Shown here one piece after another: positions 42,001 through 56,221 of a DNA stretch of 64,000 nucleotides (its first letter is position 1; each line of letters starts with the position of its first letter). The DNA lies in assembly GCA_964276515.1 (NCBI GenBank), contig OZ193909.1, forward strand, positions 9,424,001 through 9,488,000, given 5' to 3'. The DNA is from Gordius albopunctatus. Taxonomy: Eukaryota. A program made the translations under genes and the position numbers. The notes under the pieces were generated by a model. That model made no database searches. It was not told the DNA's origin and worked only from the letters and a program-made list of their open reading frames with translations.

Positions 42001-43058
42001 TTAGATTGAGAGAAACTAAACTTTTTATGTTGCGTTTAGATTGTTTTTTAATCGGTTTCTAAGCCTGTCTTTAGTTTTTGTGAAACAAGCTCTAGGTGAT
42101 CGTGATTCAAAGTTAATAATTTTTGAGGACTGATCAAAAAATTTTTTTAACGAATTCACCTCTGATATCGAAAACTTTCATGAGGGCAGGGCTATATTGT
42201 TGAACAAAAAATTTAAAAAATTTTGAGGTCGAAAAAAATATTTATTTTTATATTCTTTCGAAAGGGGGCGGAAGAAATATTTAAAAGATAGTAAATATTC
42301 TTAGCATTATGTCCTTGTTAAAATCCCGATAAGAATTTTTGCACGGGTGGAGTTTTAGATTGAGAAAAATTAAACTTTTCGTGTTGCGTTTAGATTGTTT
42401 CAAGATCGTTTCTAATTTCGTCTATAGTTTTTGTGAAACAAGCTATATGTGATCGTGATTCAAAGTTAATAATTTTTGAGGACTGATCAAAAAATTTTTT
42501 TAACGAATTCACCTCTGACATCGAAAACTTTCATGAATAATATTTATTTTTATATTCTTTAGAAAGGGGGCTGAAGAAATATTTAAAAGATAGTAAATAT
42601 TCTTAGCATTATGTCCTTGTTAAAATCCCGATAAGAATTTTTGCACGGGTGGAGTTTTAGATTGAGAAAAATTAAACTTTTCGTGTTGCGTTTAGATTGT
42701 TTCAAGATCGTTTCTAATTTCGTCTATAGTTTTTGTGAAACAAGCTATATGTGATTGTGATTCAAAGTTAATAATTTTTGAGGACTGATCAAAAAATTTT
42801 TTTAACGAATTCACCTCTGATATCGAAAACTTTCATGAGGGCTATATGGTTGAACAAAAAATTTAAAAAATTTTGAGGTCGAAAAAAATATTTATTTTCA
42901 TATTCTTTCGAAAGGGGGCTGAAGAAATACTTAAAAGATAGTAAATATTCTTAGCATTATGTCCTTGTTAAAATCCCGATAAGATTTTTCCACTGGGGGA
43001 AATTTTAGATTGAGAGAAATTAAACTTTTCGTGTTGCGTTTAGATTGTTTCAAGATCG
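36050..43058 (+). repeat. About 7.0-kb divergent block, copy 1 (duplicated at 46.85-53.86 kb)
   Basis: Private variants (GACTACG, GGGATGTTT, GCTCCATG, GGTAAAAA, ATCACTTT, 9-bp and 49-bp deletions) recur in the same order at +10803. The ORF track agrees (40228 to 51031, 41621 to 52424). Confidence 0.92.
38968..41839 (+). repeat. 4-monomer higher-order repeat, period 1393 bp, 2 tandem copies
   Basis: GTTAGAATCCC at 39180/40573, AATCTCTTAAAG at 39490/40883 and the 9-bp deletion at about 40300/41693. Confidence 0.9.
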
Positions 43059-46000
43059 CTTTCTAATTTCGTCTATAGTTTTTGTGAAACAAGCTATATG
43101 TGATCGTGATTCAAAGTTAAAATTTTTGAGGACTGATCAAAAAATTTTTTTAACGAATTCACCTCTGATATCGAAAACTTTCATGAGGGCTATATGGTTG
43201 AACAAAAAATTTAAAAAATTTTGAGGTCGAAAAAAATATTTATTTTCATATTCTTTCGAAAGGGGGCTGAAGAAATAATTAAAAGATAGTAAATATTCTT
43301 AGCATTATGTCCTTGTTAAAATCCCGATAAGAATTTTTGCACGGGGGGAAGTTTTAGATTGAGAGAAACTAAACTTTTTATGTTGCGTTTAGATTGTTTT
43401 TAAATCGCTTTCTAAGCCTGTCTTTAGTTTTTGTGAAACAAGCTCTAGGTGATCGTGATTCAAAGTTAATAATTTTTGAGGACTGATCAAAAAATTTTTT
43501 TATGGAATTCACCTCTGATATCGAAAACTTTCATGAGGGCTATATGGTTGAACAAAAAATTTAAAAAATTTTGAGGTCGAAAAAAATATTTATTTTCATA
43601 TTATTTGTAAAGGAAGCTGAAAAAATCTTTAAAAGTCAGAAAATATTCTTAGCATTATGTCCTTGTTAAAATCCCGATAAGATTTTTCCACTGGGGGAAG
43701 TTTTAGATTGAGAGAAATTAAACTTTTCGTGTTGCGTTTAGATTGTTTCAAGATCGCTTTCTAATTTCGTCTATAGTTTTTGTGAAACAAGCTCTATGTG
43801 ATCGTGATTCAAAGTTAATAATTTTTGAGGACTGATCAAAAAATTTTTTTAACGAATTCACCTCTGATATCGAAAACTTTCAAGAGGGCTATATGGTTGA
43901 ACAAAAAATTTAAAAAATTTTGAGGTCGAAAAAAATATTTATTTTCATATTCTTTCGAAAGGGGGCGGAAGAAATAATTAAAAGATAGTAAATATTCTTA
44001 GCATTATGTCCTTGTTAAAATCCCGATAAGAATTTTTGCACGGGTGGAGTTTTAGATTGAGAAAAACTAAACTTTTCGTGTTGCGTTTAGATTGTTTCAA
44101 AATCGCTTTCTAATCGCGTCTCTAGTTTTTATGAAACAAGCTCTATGTGATTATGATTAAAAGTTAATAATTTTTGAGGACTGATCAAAAATTATTTTTA
44201 ACGAATTCACCTCTGACATCGAAAACTTTCACGAGGGCTATATGCTCTAACAAAAAAAATTGACAAAAATTTTGAGGTCGAAAAAAATATTTATTTTCAT
44301 ATTATTTGGAAAGGGGGATGAAAAAATGTTTAAAAGTCAGTAAATATTCTTAGCATTATGTCCTTGTTAAAATCCCGATAAGAATTTTTTCACGGGGGGA
44401 AGTTTTAGATTGAGAGAAACTAAACTTTTTATGTTGCGTTTAGATTGTTTTTAAATCGCTTTCTAAGCCTGTCTTTAGTTTTTGTGAAACAAGCTCTAGG
44501 TGATCGTGATTCAAAGTTAATAATTTTTGAGGACTGATCAAAAATTTTTTTTAATGAATTCACCTCTGATATTGAAAACTTTCACGAGGGCTATATACTT
44601 TAACAAAAAAAATTGACAAAAATTTTGAGGTCGAAAAAAATATTTATTTTCATATTATTTGGAAAGGTGGCTGAAAAAATGTTTAAAAGTCAGTAAATAT
44701 TCTTAGCATTATGTCCTTGTTAAAATCCCGATAAGAATTTTTTCACGGGGGGAAGTTTTAGATTGAGAGAAACTAAACTTTTTATGTTGCGTTTAGATTG
44801 TTTCAAAATCGCTTTCTAAGCCTGTCTTTAGTTTTTGTGAAACAAGCTCTAGGTGATCGTGATTCAAAGTTAATAATTTTTGAGGACTGATTAAAAAATT
44901 TTTTTAACGAATTCACCTCTGATATCGAAAACTTTCATGAGGGCTATATGGTTGAACAAAAAATTTAAAAAATTTTGAGGTCGAAAAAAATATTTATTTT
45001 CATATTATTTGTAAAGGAAGCTGAAAAAATCTTTAAAAGTCAGAAAATATTCTTAGCATTATGTCCTTGTTAAAATCCCGATAAGATTTTTCCACTGGGG
45101 GAAGTTTTAGATTGAGAGAAATTAAACTTTTCGTGTTGCGTTTAGATTGTTTCAAGATCGCTTTCTAATTTCGTCTATAGTTTTTGTGAAACAAGCTCTA
45201 TGTGATCGTGATTCAAAGTTAATAATTTTTGAGGACTGATCAAAAAATTTTTTTATGGAATTCACCTCTGATATCGAAAACTTTCATGAGGGCTATATGG
45301 TTGAACAAAAAATTTAAAAAATTTTGAGGTCGAAAAAAATATTTATTTTCATATTATTTGTAAAGGAAGCTGAAAAAATCTTTAAAAGTCAGAAAATATT
45401 CTTAGCATTATGTCCTTGTTAAAATCCCGATAAGATATTTCCACTGGGGGAAGTTTTAGATTGAGAGAAATTAAACTTTTCGTGTTGCGTTTAGATTGTT
45501 TCAAGATCGCTTTCTAATTTCGTCTATAGTTTTTGTGAAACAAGCTCTATGTGATCGTGATTCAAAGTTAATAATTTTTGAGGACTGATCAAAAAATTTT
45601 TTTAACGAATTCACCTCTGATATCGAAAACTTTCATGAGGGCTATATGGTTGAACAAAAAATTTAAAAAATTTTGAGGTCGAAAAAAATATTTATTTTCA
45701 TATTCTTTCGAAAGGGGGCGGAAGAAATAATTAAAAGATAGTAAATATTCTTAGCATTATGTCCTTGTTAAAATCCCGATAAGAATTTTTGCACGGGTGG
45801 AGTTTTAGATTGAGAAAAACTAAACTTTTCGTGTTGCGTTTAGATTGTTTCAAAATCGCTTTCTAATCGCGTCTCTAGTTTTTATGAAACAAGCTCTATG
45901 TGATTATGATTAAAAGTTAATAATTTTTGAGGACTGATCAAAAAATTTTTTTAACGAATTCACCTCTGATATCGAAAACTTTCATGAGGGCTATATGGTT

Positions 46001-46849
46001 GAACAAAAAATTTAAAAAATTTTGAGGTCGAAAAAAATATTTATTTTCATATTCTTTCGAAAGGGGGCGGAAGAAATAATTAAAAGATAGTAAATATTCT
46101 TAGCATTATGTCCTTGTTAAAATCCCGATAAGAATTTTTGCACGGGTGGAGTTTTAGATTGAGAAAAACTAAACTTTTCGTGTTGCGTTTAGATTGTTTC
46201 AAGATCGCATTCTAATTTCGTCTATAGTTTTTGTGAAACAAGCTATATGTGATCGTGATTCAAAGTTAAAATTTTTGAGGACTGATCAAAAAATTTTTTT
46301 AACGAATTCACCTCTGATATCGAAAACTTTCATGAGGGCTATATGGTTGAACAAAAAATTTAAAAAATTTTGAGGTCGAAAAAAATATTTATTTTCATAT
46401 TCTTTCGAAAGGGGGCTGAAGAAATAATTAAAAGATAGTAAATATTCTTAGCATTATGTCCTTGTTAAAATCCCGATAAGAATTTTTGCACGGGGGGAAG
46501 TTTTAGATTGAGAGAAACTAAACTTTTTATGTTGCGTTTAGATTGTTTTTAAATCGCTTTCTAAGCCTGTCTTTAGTTTTTGTGAAACAAGCTCTAGGTG
46601 ATCGTGATTCAAAGTTAATAATTTTTGAGGACTGATCAAAAAAATTTTTTAACGAATTCACCTCTGATATTGAAAACTTTCACGAGGGCTATATACTTTA
46701 ACAAAAAAAATTGACAAAAATTTTGAGGTCGAAAAAAATATTTATTTTCATATTATTTGGAAAGGTGGCTGAAAAAATGTTTAAAAGTCAGTAAATATTC
46801 TTAGCATTATGTCCTTGTTAAAATCCCGATAAGAATTTTTTCACGGGGG

Positions 46850-49800
46850 GAAGTTTTAGATTGAGAGAAATTAAACTTTTCGTGTTGCGTTTAGATTGTT
46901 TCAAAATCGCTTTCTAAGCCTGTCTTTAGTTTTTGTGAAACAAGCTATATGTGATTATGATTCAAAGTTAATAATTTTTGAGGACTGATCAAAAAATTTT
47001 TTAACGAATTCACCTCTGACATCGAAAACTTTCACAAGGGCTATATGCTCTAACAAAAAAAATTGACAAAAATTTTGAGGTCGAAAAAAATATTTATTTT
47101 CATATTCTTTCGAAAGGGGGCGGAAGAAATAATTAAAAGATAGTAAATATTCTTAGCATTATGTCCTTGTTAAAATCCCGATAAGAATTTTTGCACGGGT
47201 GGAGTTTTAGATTGAGAAAAACTAAACTTTTCGTGTTGCGTTTAGATTGTTTCAAGATCGCTTTCTAATTTCGTCTATAGTTTTTGTGAAACAAGCTATA
47301 TGTGATTATGATTAAAAGTTAATAATTTTTGAGGACTGATCAAAAATTATTTTTAACGAATTCACCTCTGACTACGAAAACTTTCACGAGGGCTATATGC
47401 TTTAACAAAAAAAATTGACAAAAATTTTGAGGTCGAAAAAAATATTTATTTTCATATTCTTTCGAAAGGGGGATGAAGAAATATTTAAAAGTCAGTAAAT
47501 ATTCTTAGCATTATGTCCTTGTTAAAATCCCGATAAGAATTTTTTCACGGGGGGAAGTTTTAGATTGAGAGAAACTAAACTTTTTATGTTGCGTTTAGAT
47601 TGTTTCAAAATCGCTTTCTAAGCCTGTCTTTAGTTTTTGTGAAACAAGCTATATGTGATCGTGATTCAAAGTTAATAATTTTTGAGGACTGATCAAAAAA
47701 TTTTTTTAACGAATTCACCTCTGATATCGAAAACTTTCATGAGGGCTCTATAGTTGAACAAAAAATTTAAAAAATTTTGAGGTCGAAAAAAATATTTATT
47801 TTCCTATTATTTGGAAAGAGGGCTGAAAAAATCTTTAAAAGTCAGTAAATATTCTTAGCATTATGTCCTTGTTAAAATCCCGATAAGAATTTTTACACGG
47901 GGGGATGTTTTAGATTGAGAGAAATTAAACTTTTCGTGTTGCGTTTAGATTGTTTCAAGATCGCTTTCTAATTTCGTCTATAGTTTTTGTGAAACAAGCT
48001 CTATGTGATCGTGATTCAAAGTTAATAATTTTTGAGGACTGATCAAAAATTTTTTTTAACGAATTCACCTCTGATATCGAAAACTTTCATGAGGGCTATA
48101 TGGTTGAACAAAAAATTTAAAAAATTTTGAGGTCGAAAAAAATATTTAATTTCATATTATTTGTAAAGGAAGCTGAAAAAATATTTAAAAGTCAGTAAAT
48201 ATTCTTAGCATTATGTCCTTGTTAAAATCCCGATAAGAATTTTTACACGGGGGGAAGTTTTAGATTGAGAGAAATTAAACTTTTCGTGTTGCGTTTAGAT
48301 TGTTTCAAGATCGCTTTCTAATTTCGTCTATAGTTTTTGTGAAACAAGCTCCATGTGATCGTGATTCAAAGTTAATAATTTTTGAGGACTGATCAAAAAT
48401 TTTGTTTAACGAATTCACCTCTGACATCGAAAACTTTCACGAGGGCTATTTACTTTAACAAAAAAAATTGACAAAAATTTTGAGGTAAAAAAAAATATTT
48501 ATTTTCATATTCTTTCGAAAGGGGGCTGAAGAAATATTTAAAAGTCAGTAAATATTCTTAGCATTATGTCCTTGTTAAAATCCCGATAAGATTTTTCCAC
48601 TGGGGGAAGTTTTAGATTGAGAGAAATTAAACTTTTCGTGTTGCGTTTAGATTGTTTCAAAATCACTTTCTAATCGCGTCTCTAGTTTTTATGAAACAAG
48701 CTCTATGTGATTATGATTAAAAGTTAATAATTTTTGAGGACTGATCAAAAATTATTTTTAACGAATTCACCTCTGACTACGAAAACTTTCACGAGGGCTA
48801 TATGCTTTAACAAAAAAAATTGACAAAAATTTTGAGGGCGAAAAAAATATTTATTTTTATATTCTTTCGAAAGGGGGATGAAGAAATATTTAAAAGTCAG
48901 TAAATATTCTTAGCATTATGTCCTTGTTAAAATCCCGATAAGAATTTTTTCACGGGGGGAAGTTTTAGATTGAGAGAAACTAAACTTTTTATGTTGCGTT
49001 TAGATTGTTTCAAAATCGCTTTCTAAGCCTGTCTTTAGTTTTTGTGAAAAAAGCTCTAGGTGATCGTGATTCAAAGTTAATAATTTTTGAGGACTGATCA
49101 AAAAATTTTTTTAACGAATTCACCTCTGATATCGAAAACTTTCATGAGGGCTATATAGTTGAACAAAAAATTTAAAAAATTTTGAGGTCGAAAAAAATAT
49201 TTATTTTCATTTTATTTGGAAAGGGGGCTGAAAAAATCTTTAAAAGTCAGTAAATATTTTTAGCATTATGTCCTTGTTAAAATCCCGATAAGAATTTTTG
49301 CAAGGGGGGAAATTTCAGATTTAGAGAAACTAAACTTTTCGTGTTGCGTTTAGATTCTTTCAAGATCGCTTTCAAATCGCGTCTCTAGTTTTCGTGAAAC
49401 AAGCTCTTTGTGATTATGATTCAAAGTTAATAATTTTTGAGGACTGATCAAAATTTTTTTAACGAATTCACCTCTGATATCGAAAACTTTCATGAGGGCT
49501 ATATGCTTTAACAAAAAAAATTGACAAAAATTTTGAGGTCGAAAAAAATATTTATTTTCATATTATTTGTAAAGGAAGCTGAAAAAATCTTTAAAAGTCA
49601 GTAAATATTCTTAGCATTATGTCCTTGTTATAATCCCGATAAGAATTTTTGCACGGGGGGAAGTTTTAGATTGAGAGAAACTAAACTTTTTATGTTGCGT
49701 TTAGATTGTTTTTAAATCGCTTTCTAAGCCTGTCTTTAGTTTTTGTGAAACAAGCTCTATGTGATTGTTATTGAAAGTTAATAATTTTTGAAGACTGATC

Positions 49801-52800
49801 AAAATTTTTTTTAACGAATTCACCTCTGATATCGAAAACTTTCATGAGGGCTATATACTTTAACAAAAAAAATTGACAAAAATTTTGAGGTCGAAAAAAA
49901 TATTTATTTTCATATTATTTGGAAAGGGGGCTGAAAAAATCTTTAAAAGTGAGTAAATATTCTTAGCATTATGTCCTTGTTAGAATCCCGATAAGATTTT
50001 TGCACTGGGGGAAGTTTTAGATTGAGAGAAACTAAACTTTTTATGTTGCGTTTAGATTGTTTCAAAATCGCTTTCTAAGCCTGTCTTTAGTTTTTGTGAA
50101 ACAAGCTCTATGTGATCGTGATTCAAAGTTAATAATTTTTGAGGACTGATCAAATTTTTTTTAACGAATTCACCTCTGATATCGAAAACTTTCATGAGGG
50201 CTATATGCTTTAACAAAAAAAATTGACAAAAATTTTGAGGTCGAAAAAAATATTTATTTTCATATTATTTGTAAAGGAAGCTGAAAAAATCTCTTAAAGT
50301 CAGTAAATATTCTTAGCATTATGTCCTTGTTATAATCCCGATAAGAATTTTTGCACGGGGGGAAGTTTTAGATTGAGAGAAACTAAACTTTTTATGTTGC
50401 GTTTAGATTGTTTTTAAATCGCTTTCTAAGCCTGTCTTTAGTTTTTGTGAAACAAGCTCTATGTGATTGTTATTGAAAGTTAATAATTTTTGAAGACTGA
50501 TCAAAATTTTTTTTAACGAATTCACCTCTGATATCGAAAACTTTCATGAGGGCTATATACTTTAACAAAAAAAATTTAAAAAATTTTGAGGTCGAAAAAA
50601 ATATTTATTTTCATATTATTTGGAAAGGGGGCTGAAAAAATCTTTAAAAGTCTGTAAATATTCTTAGCATTATGTCCTTGTTAAAATCCCGATAAGAATT
50701 TTTACACGGGGTGAAGTTTTAGATTGAAAGAAATTAAACTTTTCGTGTTGCGTTTAGATTGTTTCAAGATCGCTTTCTAATTCCGTCTATAGTTTTTGTG
50801 AAACAAGCTCTATGTGATCGTGATTCAAAGTTAATAATTTTTGAGGACTGATCAAAAAATTTTTTTAACGAATTCACCTCTGATATCGAAAACTTTCATG
50901 AGGGCTATATTGTTGAACAAAAAATTTAAAGAATTTTGAGGTCGAAAAAAATATTTATTTTCATATTCTGTCGAAAGGGGGCGGAAGAAATATTTAAAAG
51001 ATAGTAATTATTCTTAGCATTATGTCCTTGTTAAAATCCCGATAAGAATTTTTGCACGGGTGGAGTTTTAGATTGAGAAAAACTAAACTTTTTATGTTGC
51101 GTTTCAAAATCGCTTTCTAAGCCTGTCTTTAGTTTTTGTGAAACAAGCTCTATGTGATTCTGATTGAAAGTTAATAATTTTTGAAGACTGATCAAAATTT
51201 TTTTTAACGAATTCACCTCTGATATCGAAAACTTTCATGAGGGCTATATACTTTAACAAAAAAAATTGACAAAAATTTTGAGGTCGAAAAAAATATTTAT
51301 TTTCATATTATTTGGAAAGGGGGCTGAAAAAATCTTTAAAAGTGAGTAAATATTCTTAGCATTATGTCCTTGTTAGAATCCCGATAAGATTTTTGCACTG
51401 GGGGAAGTTTTAGATTGAGAGAAACTAAACTTTTTATGTTGCGTTTAGATTGTTTCAAAATCGCTTTCTAAGCCTGTCTTTAGTTTTTGTGAAACAAGCT
51501 CTATGTGATCGTGATTCAAAGTTAATAATTTTTGAGGACTGATCAAATTTTTTTTAACGAATTCACCTCTGATATCGAAAACTTTCATGAGGGCTATATG
51601 CTTTAACAAAAAAAATTGACAAAAATTTTGAGGTCGAAAAAAATATTTATTTTCATATTATTTGTAAAGGAAGCTGAAAAAATCTCTTAAAGTCAGTAAA
51701 TATTCTTAGCATTATGTCCTTGTTATAATCCCGATAAGAATTTTTGCACGGGGGGAAGTTTTAGATTGAGAGAAACTAAACTTTTTATGTTGCGTTTAGA
51801 TTGTTTTTAAATCGCTTTCTAAGCCTGTCTTTAGTTTTTGTGAAACAAGCTCTATGTGATTGTTATTGAAAGTTAATAATTTTTGAAGACTGATTTAAAT
51901 TTTTTTTAACGAATTCACCTCTGATATCGAAAACTTTCATGAGGGCTATATACTTTAACAAAAAAAATTTAAAAAATTTTGAGGTCGAAAAAAATATTTA
52001 TTTTCATATTATTTGGAAAGGGGGCTGAAAAAATCTTTAAAAGTCTGTAAATATTCTTAGCATTATGTCCTTGTTAAAATCCCGATAAGAATTTTTACAC
52101 GGGGTGAAGTTTTAGATTGAAAGAAATTAAACTTTTCGTGTTGCGTTTAGATTGTTTCAAGATCGCTTTCTAATTCCGTCTATAGTTTTTGTGAAACAAG
52201 CTCTATGTGATCGTGATTCAAAGTTAATAATTTTTGAGGACTGATCAAAAAATTTTTTTAACGAATTCACCTCTGATATCGAAAACTTTCATGAGGGCTA
52301 TATTGTTGAACAAAAAATTTAAAGAATTTTGAGGTCGAAAAAAATATTTATTTTCATATTCTGTCGAAAGGGGGCGGAAGAAATATTTAAAAGATAGTAA
52401 TTATTCTTAGCATTATGTCCTTGTTAAAATCCCGATAAGAATTTTTGCACGGGTGGAGTTTTAGATTGAGAAAAACTAAACTTTTTATGTTGCGTTTCAA
52501 AATCGCTTTCTAAGCCTGTCTTTAGTTTTTGTGAAACAAGCTCTATGTGATTCTGATTGAAAGTTAATAATTTTTGAAGACTGATCAAAATTTTTTTTAA
52601 CGAATTCACCTCTGATATCGAAAACTTTCATGAGGGCTATATGCTTTAACAAAAAAAATTGACAAAAATTTTGAGGTCGAAAAAAATATTTATTTTCATA
52701 TTCTTTCGAAAGGGGGCTGAAGAATTATTTAAAAGTCAGTAAATATTCTTAGCATTATGTCCTTGTTAAAATCCCGATAAGAATTTTTGCACGGGGAGAA

Positions 52801-53856
52801 GTTTTAGATTGAGAGAAACTAAACTTTTTATGTTGCGTTTAGATTGTTTTTAAATCGCTTTCTAAGCCTGTCTTTAGTTTTTGTGAAACAAGCTCTAGGT
52901 GATCGTGATTCAAAGTTAATAATTTTTGAGGACTGATCAAAAAATTTTTATAACGAATTCACCTCTGATATCGAAAACTTTCATGAGGGCTATATTGTTG
53001 AACAAAAAATTTAAAAAATTTTGAGGTCGAAAAAAATATTTATTTTTATATTCTTTCGAAAGGGGGCGGAAGAAATATTTAAAAGATAGTAAATATTCTT
53101 AGCATTATGTCCTTGTTAAAATCCCGATAAGAATTTTTGCACGGGTGGAGTTTTAGATTGAGAAAAATTAAACTTTTCGTGTTGCGTTTAGATTGTTTCA
53201 AGATCGTTTCTAATTTCGTCTATAGTTTTTGTGAAACAAGCTATATGTGATCGTGATTCAAAGTTAATAATTTTTGAGGACTGATCAAAAAATTTTTTTA
53301 ACGAATTCACCTCTGACATCGAAAACTTTCATGAATAATATTTATTTTTATATTCTTTAGAAAGGGGGCTGAAGAAATATTTAAAAGATAGTAAATATTC
53401 TTAGCATTATGTCCTTGTTAAAATCCCGATAAGAATTTTTGCACGGGTGGAGTTTTAGATTGAGAAAAATTAAACTTTTCGTGTTGCGTTTAGATTGTTT
53501 CAAGATCGTTTCTAATTTCGTCTATAGTTTTTGTGAAACAAGCTATATGTGATTGTGATTCAAAGTTAATAATTTTTGAGGACTGATCAAAAAATTTTTT
53601 TAACGAATTCACCTCTGATATCGAAAACTTTCATGAGGGCTATATGGTTGAACAAAAAATTTAAAAAATTTTGAGGTCGAAAAAAATATTTATTTTCATA
53701 TTCTTTCGAAAGGGGGCTGAAGAAATACTTAAAAGATAGTAAATATTCTTAGCATTATGTCCTTGTTAAAATCCCGATAAGATTTTTCCACTGGGGGAAA
53801 TTTTAGATTGAGAGAAATTAAACTTTTCGTGTTGCGTTTAGATTGTTTCAAGATCG
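46850..53856 (+). repeat. About 7.0-kb divergent block, copy 2 (includes the 2x1393-bp HOR at about 49771-52642)
   Basis: Position 36121 aligns to 46924 (+10803). The offset becomes 10798 after the 5-bp AGGGC duplication found only in copy 1. Confidence 0.92.
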
Positions 53857-56221
53857 TTTCTAATTTCGTCTATAGTTTTTGTGAAACAAGCTATATGTGA
53901 TCGTGATTCAAAGTTAATAATTTTTGAGGACTGATCAAAAAATTTTTTTAACGAATTCACCTCTGATATCGAAAACTTTCATGAGGGCTATATGGTTGAA
54001 CAAAAAATTTAAAAAATTTTGAGGTCGAAAAAAATATTTATTTTCATATTCTTTCGAAAGGGGGCTGAAGAAATAATTAAAAGATAGTAAATATTCTTAG
54101 CATTATGTCCTTGTTAAAATCCCGATAAGAATTTTTGCACGGGTGGAGTTTTATAGATTGAGAAAAACTAAACTTTTCGTGTTGCGTTTAGATTTTTTCA
54201 AAATCGTTTTCTAATCGCGTCTCTAGTTTTTATGAAACAAGCTCTATGTGATTATGATTAAAAGTTAATAATTTTTGAGGACTGATCAAAAATTATTTTA
54301 ACGAATTCACCTCTGACATCGAAAACTTTCACGAGGGCTATATGCTCTAACAAAAAAAATTGAGAAAAATTTTGAGGTCGAAAAAAATATTTATTTTCAT
54401 ATTATTTGGAAAGGGGGATGAAAAAATCTTTAAAAGTCAATAAATATTCTTAGTATTATGTCCTTGTTAAAATCCCGATAAGAATTTTTGCAGGGGGGGA
54501 AGTTTTAGATTGAGAGAAACTAAACTTTTTATGTTGCGTTTAGATTGTTTTTAAATCGCTTTCTAAGCCTGTCTTTAGTTTTTGTGAAACAAGCTCTAGG
54601 TGATCGTGATTCAAAGTTAATAATTTTTGAGGACTGACCTAAAAAAATTTTTTTAACGAATTCACCTCTGATATCGAAAACTTTCATGAGGGCTATATGG
54701 TTGAACAAAAAATTTAAAAAATTTAGAGGTCGAAAAAAATATTTATTTTCATATTCTTTCGAAAGGGGGCGGAAGAAATAATTAAAAGATAGTAAATATT
54801 CTTAGCATTATGTCCTTGTTAAAATCCCGATAAGAATTTTTGCACGGGGGGAAGTTTTAGATTGAGAGAAACTAAACTTTTTATGTTGCGTTTAGATTGT
54901 TTTTAAATCGCTTTCTAAGCCTGTCTTTAGTTTTTGTGAAACAAGCTCTAGGTGATCGTGATTCAAAGTTAATAATTTTTGAGGACTGATCAAAAAATTT
55001 TTTTAACGAATTCACCTCTGATATTGAAAACTTTCACGAGGGCTATATACTTTAACAAAAAAAATTGACAAAAATTTTGAGGTCGAAAAAAATATTTATT
55101 TTCATATTATTTGTAAAGGAAGCTGAAAAAATCTTTAAAAGTCAGTAAATATTCTTAGCATTATGTCCTTGTTATAATCCCGATAAGAATTTTTGCACGG
55201 GGGGAAGTTTTAGATTGAGAGAAACTAAACTTTTCGTGTTGCGTTTAGATTGTTTCAAGATCGCTTTCTAATTCCGTCTATAGTTTTTGTGAAACAAGCT
55301 CTATGTGATCGTGATTCAAAGTTAATAATTTTTGAGGACTGATCAAAAAATTTTTTTAACGAATTCACCTCTGACATCGAAAACTTTCATGAATAATATT
55401 TATTTTTATATTCTTTAGAAAGGGGGCTGAAGAAATATTTAAAAGATAGTAAATATTCTTAGCATTATGTCCTTGTTAAAATCCCGATAAGAATTTTTGC
55501 ACGGGTGGAGTTTTAGATTGAGAAAAATTAAACTTTTCGTGTTGCGTTTAGATTGTTTCAAGATCGTTTCTAATTTCGTCTATAGTTTTTGTGAAACAAG
55601 CTATATGTGATTGTGATTCAAAGTTAATAATTTTTGAGGACTGATCAAAAAATTTTTTTAACGAATTCACCTCTGATATCGAAAACTTTCATGAGGGCTA
55701 TATGGTTGAACAAAAAATTTAAAAAATTTTGAGGTCGAAAAAAATATTTATTTTCATATTCTTTCGAAAGGGGGCTGAAGAAATACTTAAAAGATAGTAA
55801 ATATTCTTAGCATTATGTCCTTGTTAAAATCCCGATAAGATTTTTCCACTGGGGGAAATTTTAGATTGAGAGAAATTAAACTTTTCGTGTTGCGTTTAGA
55901 TTGTTTCAAGATCGTTTCTAATTTCGTCTATAGTTTTTGTGAAACAAGCTATATGTGATTGTGATTCAAAGTTAATAATTTTTGAGGACTGATCAAAAAA
56001 TTTTTTTAACGAATTCACCTCTGATATCGAAAACTTTCATGAGGGCTATATGGTTGAACAAAAAATTTAAAAAATTTTGAGGTCGAAAAAAATATTTATT
56101 TTCATATTCTTTCGAAAGGGGGCTGAAGAAATACTTAAAAGATAGTAAATATTCTTAGCATTATGTCCTTGTTAAAATCCCGATAAGATTTTTCCACTGG
56201 GGGAAATTTTAGATTGAGAGA

